NCBI GenBank assembly: GCA_025451235.1
Contig: JANWKT010000020.1
Coordinates: 48,032 to 112,031, forward strand
DNA length: 64,000 bases
Source: Flavobacteriales bacterium
GTDB taxonomy: Bacteria > Bacteroidota > Bacteroidia > CAIKAF01
Reading direction: 5' to 3'
This document shows positions 1 to 9,621 of this stretch, piece after piece. Made by a program: the position numbers and the translations under genes. The notes beneath the pieces were generated by a model, which saw only the letters and a program-made list of their open reading frames with translations, had not been told where the DNA came from and did no database searches. Position 1 is the stretch's first letter. Each line of letters begins with the position of its first letter.

Positions 1-1
1 A

Positions 2-388
2 TATATATCCATAGGATCAGTTGTGATCGCAGTCATTACTTTGTTGGGTGCATTAATTGGTTTACTCAACATTATGTTGGTAAGCGTAACCGAACGCACC
101 AGGGAGATTGGTGTACGAAAAGCCATTGGTGCAACCAGAAGAAGTATAGCTTTCCAGTTTTTGATTGAAGCTATTTTGATTTGTCAATTAGGAGGTGCTT
201 TAGGAGTTGTATTAGGAATAGCGGTTGGAAACTTAATGACATTGATCTTCGGAGGAGCTTTTATTATTCCGTGGAACTGGATCATCACCGCTGTGGTAGT
301 GTGTTTTATTGTGGGTGTTATTTCCGGATTCTATCCTGCACTCAGGGCATCCAAACTTGATCCGGTTGAATCCTTGCGGTACGAATAA
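2..388 (+). CDS. ABC transporter permease, FtsX-like (MacB/LolE family); C-terminal fragment, 5' end lies outside the window
   Basis: The open frame runs from the window edge. The C-terminal TM segment has an FtsX-like layout (…ERTREIGVRKAIGATRRSIAFQFLIEA…). Confidence 0.8.
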   Translation, partial: YISIGSVVIAVITLLGALIGLLNIMLVSVTERTREIGVRKAIGATRRSIAFQFLIEAILICQLGGALGVVLGIAVGNLMTLIFGGAFIIPWNWIITAVVVCFIVGVISGFYPALRASKLDPVESLRYE

Positions 389-393
389 GCAGA

Positions 394-804
394 TCAATCA
401 TTTTTGATAATCATGACCACCAAACCAATTGGTATGGTTCCATCTATGCGATAGCGCTTATTTCCGCTTGGATATTCCAGAATATATTCTCCACTTATTC
501 GGTACAATCGTTGACCACTGGGGTATTCTGCTATATATTCACCATCTATATGAAACAATATATTCCCAGAAGGGTATTGATGAAAGTAGGTCCCATTTAC
601 TTCACCTACTCGATTCCCAGATGGATATTCTGTTATGTATTTCCCATCCATATGTAAGATCCGATTTCCGGAAGGATATTCAGATAAATAGGCCCCATCA
701 TATTGATAGAGTTTGTTGCCGGATGGATATTCCAGGATATAGGACTGAGCTGTAACAACCCCAATCGATATGAGCACAATAATGAAGAGTACAGTTTTTT
801 TCAT
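394..804 (-). CDS. Small secreted protein built from six tandem ~17-aa repeats (EYPSGNxxxxxDGxYI)
   Basis: N-terminal signal peptide (MKKTVLFIIVLISIGVVTAQ) followed by six copies of an EYPSGN…DG.Y repeat visible in the translation. Loosely MORN_2/YwqK-like in periodicity. Confidence 0.6.
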   Translation of the reverse strand: MKKTVLFIIVLISIGVVTAQSYILEYPSGNKLYQYDGAYLSEYPSGNRILHMDGKYITEYPSGNRVGEVNGTYFHQYPSGNILFHIDGEYIAEYPSGQRLYRISGEYILEYPSGNKRYRIDGTIPIGLVVMIIKND

Positions 805-872
805 AGGTTAGTTAAAACAAAAACCAGACCACAAATTTCTTTGTGATCTGGTTTTTGTTTTAGATAGCCCGG

Positions 873-2318
873 TTATTGTTTCATCAGGCGTTGAGTACCT
901 AGTCCGTTTATTTGTACGAAATAAATTCCTTTGGCCCACATTCGGGTGTCGATTTTTAATTCTGTTCCATTCAGCATATAGTTGCCGATGACCTGTCCAA
1001 CATTGTTGGTAACGATCACTTTTAAGTTCGCCACGGAGGATGGAAGTTTGATGATGCAATCATCACTCACTGGATTGGGATACAGTTGAAATAAATTCTG
1101 TGATTCGTTTTCAATTCCGATATAATTAAACGTCATTGTTTTTTGTACCCAGATAGGCTGCGGCGGAAAATAAACATCTCCATTACTCCAGCAAATCGTC
1201 CGATCCGGGATCGTTACACCGTGCACTGAAGTATCACTTACATTTTCGAAAATCTTTAATACGTTTGGAGGAGAACCGGGTTGCGGACCTCCGTTCGAAA
1301 TTCCATCGGAAGTATACATGATATCACGTTCTTCATCCCAATAAAAACCATATAAATTATGGTTGGAAGTATCCGTTAATAATGGATCATCATTGATCAT
1401 AAGCACTCTAGGAATCATGTTATATACCATGGGTGAACCAGGACTCATATTTACAGTATTCATATCAAAAAACAACATTTCATGTGTATGGTGTCCAACA
1501 GCTAATAATCCATTCAGTGTATTGTACCATACATTGTGTACCGTGGGGTTTCTAAAACCCAAACGGGTATTGCTTCCTTCAATTCTTACATTAGGTGTTA
1601 CGACTCCGTTGATTGTTGAGGCATTGTTATAAATAACCACCTTGGGTGGTCCTCCACAACCAATTCCACTGCATGCTACAAACATCCTGTCTGCCGGTTC
1701 ATCAATAAATATATATACAGGTGTAGACAACACCGGTGAAGAAATGATCCTGTCGGGTGGAGTATTTCCATTCCTGGTAGAAGCATTATTGAATACAAGG
1801 ATATTACAGCCAAATGAATTGGCTACATACAACCGGTCATTCACTTCATCCAACCAACAACCATGTGGTTGTCTTAATCCTGTAGAATCTCCAAAGATAT
1901 GTCGGCTGGGTGTCTGTCCACCGGTTAACGTACTTATGTTGTCAAAAATAGCAATAGAACCTTTGGCGGTATCTGGGTTTGTGGTCATGATATTTCCAGG
2001 GTTGGTAAAAAGCGTGGAAACATACATACGGTCGTTGGTTTCATCCAGGTAAAAACCGTGTTCGAAATTCATGAACATGGTTCCCGTTGAACATTGTTGT
2101 ACTGGAATAACCCCTTCAGGTATGTAAGTAGTATCACACAATGCTCCGCTGTTATAATTCATGGCATCCTCAAAACGAAGGATCCCATGCCAATCTGGAA
2201 ATGGATTGTACTCTCCGGTTCCTATATAAATTCTTTCGTGGTAAATAGTATCAACTATTTGGGCATATCCAAAAGTCATTGTAACCATGCTTACGGTTAG
2301 GTAAATTAATTTTCTCAT
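873..2318 (-). CDS. Secreted beta-propeller-like protein with T9SS type-A C-terminal sorting domain
   Basis: Signal peptide. Repeated D..NDRLYV / DEPADRMFV / DEERDIMYT blade-like motifs. The C-terminus LYPNPVSDD…GIYFVQINGLGTQRLMKQ is a typical Por-secretion CTD. Confidence 0.75.
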   Translation of the reverse strand: MRKLIYLTVSMVTMTFGYAQIVDTIYHERIYIGTGEYNPFPDWHGILRFEDAMNYNSGALCDTTYIPEGVIPVQQCSTGTMFMNFEHGFYLDETNDRMYVSTLFTNPGNIMTTNPDTAKGSIAIFDNISTLTGGQTPSRHIFGDSTGLRQPHGCWLDEVNDRLYVANSFGCNILVFNNASTRNGNTPPDRIISSPVLSTPVYIFIDEPADRMFVACSGIGCGGPPKVVIYNNASTINGVVTPNVRIEGSNTRLGFRNPTVHNVWYNTLNGLLAVGHHTHEMLFFDMNTVNMSPGSPMVYNMIPRVLMINDDPLLTDTSNHNLYGFYWDEERDIMYTSDGISNGGPQPGSPPNVLKIFENVSDTSVHGVTIPDRTICWSNGDVYFPPQPIWVQKTMTFNYIGIENESQNLFQLYPNPVSDDCIIKLPSSVANLKVIVTNNVGQVIGNYMLNGTELKIDTRMWAKGIYFVQINGLGTQRLMKQ

Positions 2319-2429
2319 AGAATCAATTATTTACTACCATAGTACGCAGGAAATGAGCTTTGTAATATTGAATTTGGTGAACCTTTCTATTAAATGAGTA
2401 AGGGATATTAAATCAGAAGCGAAACACGA

Positions 2430-2813
2430 CTATTTTTTTAGTAGGTCCCTGATCTCGGCAAGTAGTTTTTCCTGGTTACTAGGCTCAGCAGGTATAACTG
2501 ATTCAGTCTCTTTTTTCTTCTTCATTTTATTGACTGCCTTTACAAAAATAAAAAGTGCAATGGCAGTTATGGTAAAAGAAATAATGGTCGATAGAAAATT
2601 CCCATATTTAATGGCGGTTCCTTGAATGACCAATTCAGAAAGATTGGTTAAATGTGCAGCTTTCAACGCTGGTGTTAAAATTGCCGGGGTGATGATATCA
2701 TCCACCAGGGAGCTAATGATCTTATTAAAAGCAGCACCTATTACCACCCCAACAGCCAGGTCAATTACGTTTCCCTTGAGGGCAAACTCTTTGAATTCTT
2801 TTACAAAACCCAT
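2430..2813 (-). CDS. mscL: Large-conductance mechanosensitive channel MscL
   Basis: MGFVKEFKEFALKGNVIDLAVGVVIGAAF… and C-terminal …LLAEIRDLLKK align motif-for-motif with E. coli MscL. Confidence 0.9.
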   Translation of the reverse strand: MGFVKEFKEFALKGNVIDLAVGVVIGAAFNKIISSLVDDIITPAILTPALKAAHLTNLSELVIQGTAIKYGNFLSTIISFTITAIALFIFVKAVNKMKKKKETESVIPAEPSNQEKLLAEIRDLLKK

Positions 2814-2861
2814 ATAATGAATAATTTAGGACGAATATATTCAATTGGGCGATAGCAGGAA

Positions 2862-2898
2862 AGAAAAAAGCCCTGTTTAACTAGAAACAGGGCTCTTT
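2862..2898 (-). terminator. Intrinsic terminator hairpin (10-bp perfect stem agccctgttt/aaacagggct, loop aactag) with a T6 tract on the minus strand
   Basis: Read directly from the sequence. It lies 50 bp upstream of the mscL start and has no minus-strand ORF feeding it. Confidence 0.5.
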
Positions 2899-3278
2899 AT
2901 TAATTCACCAAAAACAATGCTCTAATGTATAATATATTTTTAATCCCACATGAGGGAAATAAGGATCTTTCACATTTTGTTAGCAAAATAATATCCCTAA
3001 ATAGGGTATAAATATCAATAATTCAATAGATTATTAAATCTATTTCAAGGAATCTCTTTGCAAGTATTAACAAATATATTATAGGCATGCCCGGGTATTT
3101 TCATTTTTAAAGTCGAAAATCATTGGGGAAATCCATGAAATCATCAACCCTACAAACCTTAATAATATTTTCATTTTTTATTCCATCAAATAATCTCCTT
3201 CTATTATACTGATTCATTAAATTAGTGAGTTATTGAATGGTTATTCTACTCATTTATCACAATTAAAAAACCTGCAGT

Positions 3279-4961
3279 ATGAAAAAAATCATCCCATTTA
3301 CCGCACTGGTCATTTTTATGTTGAGTCTTTTCTCATGTGCAAGAGAAGTAACGAACACCACAGGGTGGAGCTATAATAGCCATGGTAATGCCAGTATGAA
3401 AAGGTATCGGACATCCGGCAAAACAGCTAAAATGGCTTTTAGAACCATAACATGTCCATCGTTTGGATATACAGCTAGTCGTCAGAAAAAATCGGCCATA
3501 GCTCATGGAGAGATTGAGGGAGTGGTTGATCGAAGAACTATACCAAAAACTGATTCCACTGCTACCAATCCTGAAAATGGAGTGGTCATATCCGAAAATC
3601 CTTTCGAACTTGCCAAGAAGGACCATACTTCCACTTTTTCGATAGACGTTGACCGCGCCTCTTATTCCAATGTAAGAAGAATGATCAATCAAGGTACCAT
3701 GCCATCAGCCAACGACATCAGGCTGGAAGAAATGGTGAACTATTTTGTATACGACTATCCTCAGCCGGTGGATGAGCATCCTTTTTCCATCAATATGGAA
3801 ACAGCGGCTTGCCCATGGACTCCTAACCATCAATTGGTATTGGTGGGTCTGCAAGGGAAAAAATTGCCGGAAACTCAACTCCCTCCTTCTAACCTGGTTT
3901 TTCTCCTCGATGTATCCGGCTCCATGAACACCTATAATAAACTTCCCCTGGTAAAAAAATCCCTCAACCTGTTTATTGGTCAATTAAGAAAGAGCGATAG
4001 GATTTCCATCGTAGTATATGCAGGTGCCGCTGGATTAGTGCTTCCTTCTACACCTGGTAATATGAAAGATACCATCATGAATGCTATCAATGAGCTGGAG
4101 GCTGGTGGTTCTACTGCAGGTGGACAAGGAATCAAATTGGCATATAAGATCGCATCCGAAAACCTGATGCCAAACGGCAATAACCGGGTCATTCTATGTA
4201 CTGATGGTGATTTTAATGTGGGTGTAAGTTCGGATACCGAATTGCAAACATTGATCGAGGGGGAAAGGAATAAGGGCATTTATTTGAGTGTACTGGGTTA
4301 TGGGATGGGAAATTATCAGGATACCAAGCTGGAAATGTTGGCTGATAAAGGAAATGGTAACTATGCCTATATTGATTCGGAAGAGGAGGCAAAAAAAGTA
4401 TTTGTAAAAGAATTTGATGGGACCTTGTTTACTATTGCCAAGGATGTAAAGATCCAGGTAGACTTTAATCCTGATGTAGTGAAAACTTACCGTTTGCTTG
4501 GATATGAGAATAGGATATTACAGGATTGGGAATTTGATGATGATACAAGGGATGCCGGGGAGATCGGGTCAGGTCATACGGTCACGGCTATTTATGAGAT
4601 TGAGTTGTATGATCCATTAAATCCTACTCCTACAACAGATCCGGTGACCAATAAAAAGGGTTCTATTATGACCTTTAAGTTCAGGTATAAACCCATTGAT
4701 CAGGAAAAATCCATTTTGGTGGTAAAAGAACTGGATTATACGAACCAGGCATTTGAAAATGCTTCCAACAATCTACAATTTGCTTCCGCTGTGGCTGCCT
4801 TTGGAATGGTATTGAGGGAATCCAAATACAAAGGAACTGCGGATTTAAATATGGTGCTCAGCCTCGCTCAAAACAGCAAGGGTATGGACAAAGAAGGTTA
4901 CCGGACCGAATTTATCGAATTGGTGAAGTCGAGCAAGTTGCTGGGAACCGCCAGCAAGTAA
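3279..4961 (+). CDS. YfbK-like von Willebrand factor A (vWA) domain lipoprotein
   Basis: Lipoprotein signal (…LSLFSCAR). MIDAS motif DVSGSM. Domain order and length (~560 aa) resemble E. coli YfbK. Confidence 0.8.
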   Translation: MKKIIPFTALVIFMLSLFSCAREVTNTTGWSYNSHGNASMKRYRTSGKTAKMAFRTITCPSFGYTASRQKKSAIAHGEIEGVVDRRTIPKTDSTATNPENGVVISENPFELAKKDHTSTFSIDVDRASYSNVRRMINQGTMPSANDIRLEEMVNYFVYDYPQPVDEHPFSINMETAACPWTPNHQLVLVGLQGKKLPETQLPPSNLVFLLDVSGSMNTYNKLPLVKKSLNLFIGQLRKSDRISIVVYAGAAGLVLPSTPGNMKDTIMNAINELEAGGSTAGGQGIKLAYKIASENLMPNGNNRVILCTDGDFNVGVSSDTELQTLIEGERNKGIYLSVLGYGMGNYQDTKLEMLADKGNGNYAYIDSEEEAKKVFVKEFDGTLFTIAKDVKIQVDFNPDVVKTYRLLGYENRILQDWEFDDDTRDAGEIGSGHTVTAIYEIELYDPLNPTPTTDPVTNKKGSIMTFKFRYKPIDQEKSILVVKELDYTNQAFENASNNLQFASAVAAFGMVLRESKYKGTADLNMVLSLAQNSKGMDKEGYRTEFIELVKSSKLLGTASK

Positions 4962-5024
4962 TCATAACGATTAGTTCATCTTTATTTGTTGGTTCCTGCA
5001 AGGAGGGTACTTATATTTGTTACG

Positions 5025-5504
5025 ATGAAAAGTACTTCCCTAACCATATTCCTCTTGGCCGGTCTATGCACCCATTTATTATCACAAGGTATGGCTCCCT
5101 TTCCACCAACAACCGACATCTCCTATGCCGGGATTAAGGGTACGGTTAGAGATGTTCAATCCCTCGAAACTTTGCCGGGAGCAACAGTTTTCCTAATGCA
5201 AAACGATTCTATCCTTCAAGGAACTTTAACCGACATTGATGGGCATTACGAGTTTACCCGGGTACCCTCCGGAACTTACCAGTTAAAGGTGAAATATATC
5301 TCATATGAGGAGAAAATCATAGAAGTAAAGGTGGATACAAAAAATGGGGCATCCGACCTAATGGTCATGAATATTGAGGAAACACCTGTTTACCCTTGTA
5401 TTTGTGAAGAAAAAATTATTCCTCTTCCCCCTTACTGGTTATCCGGAAACACCTATTCAGGCTGGAAAGCAGAATATATCTTGATTCAAAGCCTGGGATT
5501 TTAA
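5025..5504 (+). CDS. Stand-alone CarboxypepD_reg-like domain protein
   Basis: Signal peptide from the internal Met. TVRDVQSLETLPGATVFL…DIDGHYEF…GTYQLKV is the carboxypeptidase-regulatory-like beta-sandwich that normally sits at the N-terminus of SusC-type TonB-dependent receptors. Confidence 0.55.
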   Translation: MKSTSLTIFLLAGLCTHLLSQGMAPFPPTTDISYAGIKGTVRDVQSLETLPGATVFLMQNDSILQGTLTDIDGHYEFTRVPSGTYQLKVKYISYEEKIIEVKVDTKNGASDLMVMNIEETPVYPCICEEKIIPLPPYWLSGNTYSGWKAEYILIQSLGF

Positions 5505-5614
5505 CACTTTTTTTTATTAGGCCAGGCAACCAAACGAAGGGGGCCGGCGTCTTATTAATAAATGGGCCGATTTCCCCAAGTTTGAGGTTCATTTTAAAAT
5601 CTTGTTTTGGTGAA

Positions 5615-5656
5615 TTAAAAAAGGTCCGGAAGGTAAAATCTCCGGGCCTTTTTATG
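5615..5656. terminator. Bidirectional intrinsic terminator (stem ggtccgga/tccgggcc with one G·U pair, A-run before, T5 after)
   Basis: Read directly. It sits between the convergent + gene ending at 5504 and the minus csbD-like gene ending at 5718. Confidence 0.6.
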
Positions 5657-5717
5657 TTATAGAGTTCTTCCAATGATTCTTAAAAGACAGTTGGTACCTT
5701 TTTTAGAACGATAGCTT

Positions 5718-5924
5718 TCAAGCCAATAGCATAGTGATCACCTCATCGCGTTTTTTGTTCAACCTTTTTATCATTCTTTCAATCAACTCGTTTTCTTTCC
5801 CGGTTTCAAACCTCAGGTCTTCCTGAGTCAATTGGACATATTCTTCTTTCAGTTTTTTTGATTGAGCCTCCCAGTTTCCGAAGATCTTAAAGGGCATTTT
5901 TTTCATGTTTTTATTTGTATACAT
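5718..5924 (-). CDS. CsbD-family general stress protein
   Basis: …GNWEAQSKKLKEEYVQLTQEDL…GKENELIERMIKRL matches the CsbD/YjbJ pattern (GNW..K..L.E.WG.LTDDDL…GK…L.G.IQE). Confidence 0.65.
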   Translation of the reverse strand: MYTNKNMKKMPFKIFGNWEAQSKKLKEEYVQLTQEDLRFETGKENELIERMIKRLNKKRDEVITMLLA

Positions 5925-6293
5925 AGTCGTTTTAAATAATAGAAGAATGAAGGTATCTACATTTACATTTCAACCTGTTACAAAATTTTATAAATAGATT
6001 GCATCATTAACGAATGAAGGTTGATATTCATTTAAAACCTTGAATAACAGTTATTCAGCATTTTTAGTAGAGCCTCGATTGCGTTAACGGCTTAGTTAGC
6101 TGAAATGTCAGTAAAAACAGCATTTACAGGAGCATAATCCACCTCAAACTGGCTTAAAATATAAGGAAATTAACAACACCCTGCTTATAAGTTCGATGGT
6201 TATTGGTGAATGCGCTCTTCGGGTACCATACCTTTATGCTTATTTCAACCAAAAACAATTCTTAATTATTGCCACAGTTCAATACCATTATCT

Positions 6294-7835
6294 ATGGAAA
6301 TGAATAACTGTAAGCCGTTAAGATTTCTGATCGGATCTTGTCTCCTTATAGGAGGGATCCTTTCAGTGTCCGCCCAAACCTTTGTTCCCAAAGCCTCTTA
6401 CCTAGGGCAATGGGCCTTTGCCCCCGGGGTAGCGCATCAACCCAGCCAATCTATTTACCTCATGGGTACCTACCAGTTTGGAGATATTGATCAATTTATT
6501 AAATATGATGTAACCAATAATAGCTGGAGCACCATACCAGGAGTACCTCCTATCAAAAGTGAATTTGGATTTGCTTTTGGGGTGAGCAACAGAATATTTT
6601 TTGGAGGCGGTGTGGACCAACCAGGAACATTCTCCAATGCCACATATGAATTCATTCCTCCCAATATCTTTAACGTAGTAGATAATATTCCAAATGGACC
6701 CGCATCTGCCTTTAATTTCGTTGTTGGTAATTACGCCTATGTAGGTGGAGGTATGGTTACAGGTTTTGTGAATCTGAATAGTATGTTCCGGTTTGATCCT
6801 ACAGGAGCTGCGGGTACCCAATGGTCGGCTGTGAGTTCCTATCCTGGTTCAGGTAAATTAAATTGTAGTGCTGGTTCTCTCAACGGTTTTGGTTATGCAG
6901 GATTAGGACGTTCGAATCCCGGATCTACCGAATACAATGATTTCTGGAGATATGATCCCAATACAGGTGCAGGCGGAACATGGACTGCAATGAGTCCCTT
7001 CCCTGGAATTGCCAGGGAATGTGCCATCCTTACCCCCATTTGTGGAAAGTTGATCTTAATGGGAGGGGTTACCCAAACAGGAATGAACTTTAATGATATA
7101 TGGCAATTTGATCCTGCTGCCGGACCTTCGGGAGCCTGGACCTATCTTGGGACCAATAACGGAGTATATGGACCTCAAAACGGAAGATATGGGCCTGCTT
7201 ATGCTTCCTACGGAGATAGTTTGTTCTTAGGAATGGGGTATGGCGTGGCAGGAGCTAATAATGATTGGAAAATGTTTACATATTGTCCGGTAGTTCCCCT
7301 TCCAATCGAACTGGTGAATTTTAATGTTCAATTGAATCAGGAGTATGGAGTGGATATTTTATGGACAACTGCTTCGGAGATCAATAACCACCATTTTGAG
7401 GTGCTGAGATCAGTAGATGCGATCCACTGGGAGACCATTGAGCAAATAGAAGGTGCAGGCAACTCATCTTCATTGTTGGAGTATCAGGTGATCGACCGAT
7501 TTCCGATGCAAGGAATCAATTATTATAAAATAAAACAGGTGGATTATAATGGAGATTTTACATTTTCTGAAATGGCATCTATTGAAATCCTCGAAAACTT
7601 CCCTGAAGATCCTACGGTTTACCCAAACCCCGTAGAACAAAACCTGGAAGTAATTATTCAATACCTAACAGAAGGCATGTCCTATACTATATTGAATTGC
7701 TATGGTTCAGAAGTATTAAATGGGAAGATCAATGACGGTCAAACCACCATTCCTACCCAATCCCTTGCTCCAGGTATTTATTACCTGCGAATTCGCGATT
7801 CAAAAGAATCTACGTTCAAGATCATCAAGCTTTAG
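6294..7835 (+). CDS. Kelch/beta-propeller-like secreted protein with a conserved ~95-aa LPIELV…YYKIKQVD module and T9SS type-A CTD (paralog 1)
   Basis: Signal peptide from the internal Met. Glycine-rich propeller repeats. C-terminal VYPNPVEQN…GIYYLRIRDSKESTFKIIKL. Confidence 0.75.
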   Translation: MEMNNCKPLRFLIGSCLLIGGILSVSAQTFVPKASYLGQWAFAPGVAHQPSQSIYLMGTYQFGDIDQFIKYDVTNNSWSTIPGVPPIKSEFGFAFGVSNRIFFGGGVDQPGTFSNATYEFIPPNIFNVVDNIPNGPASAFNFVVGNYAYVGGGMVTGFVNLNSMFRFDPTGAAGTQWSAVSSYPGSGKLNCSAGSLNGFGYAGLGRSNPGSTEYNDFWRYDPNTGAGGTWTAMSPFPGIARECAILTPICGKLILMGGVTQTGMNFNDIWQFDPAAGPSGAWTYLGTNNGVYGPQNGRYGPAYASYGDSLFLGMGYGVAGANNDWKMFTYCPVVPLPIELVNFNVQLNQEYGVDILWTTASEINNHHFEVLRSVDAIHWETIEQIEGAGNSSSLLEYQVIDRFPMQGINYYKIKQVDYNGDFTFSEMASIEILENFPEDPTVYPNPVEQNLEVIIQYLTEGMSYTILNCYGSEVLNGKINDGQTTIPTQSLAPGIYYLRIRDSKESTFKIIKL

Positions 7836-7983
7836 CTTTCGCATCCTTCATAATAGCTAGAACCACTTGTCCTTAGCCCAGGGTCCTCTTATTTATCCCT
7901 GATTTATTTGCTGCAGTTATTATTAATCGCTAATTTCAGTTTGATTTTAACAGCACAAAAGTTAAACCCAAATCAATCCGGTT

Positions 7984-9525
7984 ATGATCACTCTTCATAA
8001 AAAAATATTTTATTCAATTTATTTAGTTGGATTTTTCATTTTACTGAATTCAACTTTTGCAGATGCTCAAACTTTTTTGGCTAGAACACCTTATTTGGGT
8101 CAATGGGCATTCGCACCAGGGCTAGCACATTTACCTACTACCTCTATTTATATTCCGGGCACCTACCAGTTTGGAGATGTTGACCAATTTGCCAGATACA
8201 ATGTAACCACAAATTCATGGAGTACAGTGGCAGGTTTACCCGCCATAAAAAGTGAATTTGGTTTTGCTTTTACGGTGGGGAACCGAATGTTTTTTGGAGG
8301 TGGGGTGGATCAGCCCGGTACTTTCTCAAATGTTACCTATGAATTTATTCCTCCTAATATTTTTACCACCATGGATAATATTCCTAATGGCCCAGCATCG
8401 GGATTTAGTTTTACGGTAGGAACCTTTGGATATGTGGGTGGAGGATTGGTGGCTGGATTTGGAAATTTAAATGCTATGTTCAGGTTTAATCCATTAGGTA
8501 TTCCAGGCACGCAATGGTCAACGATGACTGCTTATCCAGGTTTGGGAGATATTAATTGTGGGGCAGCTTCATTGAATGGATATGGATACGTTGGTTTAGG
8601 AAGAGCTAATCCGGGAGCAACGGAGTACAACGATTTTTGGAGATATGATCCACTCTTAGGTGCTGGAGGAACCTGGACAGCTATGGCACCCTTTCCTGGT
8701 GCACCCAGAGAATGTCCGATCATTTCTGCATTATGCGACCGGCTTATTTTAATTGGTGGGGTAGATCAATCGGGGGGTAATTTTAATGATATCTGGGAGT
8801 TTGATCCTACCGCCGGAGCTACCGGTACCTGGACCTTTTTAGGAACCAACAATGCGGTATATGGTCCGCAAAATGGACGTTATGGTCCTGCCGCAGGGGC
8901 CTACGGGGATAGCTTATTTTATGGAATGGGATATGGTGCACTTGGAGTTAACACGGATTGGAACATGTTTACCTATTGCCCAATACCATTGCCTATACAA
9001 CTCCTGAGTTTTGAAGCAAATAAATTAGATGGAGATATTGTAGAATTGAACTGGACCACTGCATCAGAGATCAACAATGATCATTTTGAAATTCAAAGAT
9101 CCATGGATGCAATGAACTGGATCGAAATGGGAAGAGTAAACGGAGCTGGAAATTCTTCTTCGAACATTCATTACCAGCATATTGATTATTCTCCATTTAA
9201 TGAGATCAATTACTACCGTTTAAAACAAGTGGACGTAGACGGGAAATTTGAATATTCCTGGATTATCTCCATTGATATTGATAAAAATAAAAAACCTGAA
9301 ATATTGGCTTACCCCAACCCCTCTTATGATTTTGTGAATATTACCCAAACTATTCAGCCTAGCCCTCTTTCCTATTCTATCTATGATAGCTTTGGAACAA
9401 AGATCTCTTCCGGAACTTTGGGAGAAGAAAAAAACGTATTGAGTACGGATGAGTTGTTACAGGGAATTTATTTTATGCATTTCGATGATAAAAACAATAC
9501 TACTGTGAAGATCATTAAATACTAA
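7984..9525 (+). CDS. Kelch/beta-propeller-like secreted protein with the LPIQLL…YYRLKQVD module and T9SS type-A CTD (paralog 2)
   Basis: Colinear with 6294..7835 at roughly 60–65% identity along the whole length. Ends …GIYFMHFDDKNNTTVKIIKY. Confidence 0.75.
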   Translation: MITLHKKIFYSIYLVGFFILLNSTFADAQTFLARTPYLGQWAFAPGLAHLPTTSIYIPGTYQFGDVDQFARYNVTTNSWSTVAGLPAIKSEFGFAFTVGNRMFFGGGVDQPGTFSNVTYEFIPPNIFTTMDNIPNGPASGFSFTVGTFGYVGGGLVAGFGNLNAMFRFNPLGIPGTQWSTMTAYPGLGDINCGAASLNGYGYVGLGRANPGATEYNDFWRYDPLLGAGGTWTAMAPFPGAPRECPIISALCDRLILIGGVDQSGGNFNDIWEFDPTAGATGTWTFLGTNNAVYGPQNGRYGPAAGAYGDSLFYGMGYGALGVNTDWNMFTYCPIPLPIQLLSFEANKLDGDIVELNWTTASEINNDHFEIQRSMDAMNWIEMGRVNGAGNSSSNIHYQHIDYSPFNEINYYRLKQVDVDGKFEYSWIISIDIDKNKKPEILAYPNPSYDFVNITQTIQPSPLSYSIYDSFGTKISSGTLGEEKNVLSTDELLQGIYFMHFDDKNNTTVKIIKY

Positions 9526-9527
9526 AG

Positions 9528-9562
9528 TAAAAAAACCGGGTTAATTACTCCCGGTTTTTTGT
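9528..9562. terminator. Bidirectional intrinsic terminator (aaccggg…cccggtt, A7 before and T6 after); a second small hairpin lies at 9587-9600
   Basis: Read directly. It lies between convergent genes. Confidence 0.6.
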
Positions 9563-9621
9563 TTGTCGAACCCGAATGATATCGCATCCGCCGAAGCGGA
9601 CACTAAGAACGAATAAGGTTT

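Noticed and set aside
429-755. 108-aa + strand ORF antisense to the EYPSGN-repeat gene
   Set aside because: It lies wholly inside the better-supported minus-strand repeat protein gene, has no signal or domain features, and is repeat-driven open frame.
808-2300. ORFs 808-1059 (-), 1363-1632 (+), 1642-2052 (+) and 2094-2300 (+) overlapping the T9SS beta-propeller gene
   Set aside because: All are nested in, or antisense to, the 481-aa CTD protein gene. They have no recognisable motifs and are typical shadow ORFs.
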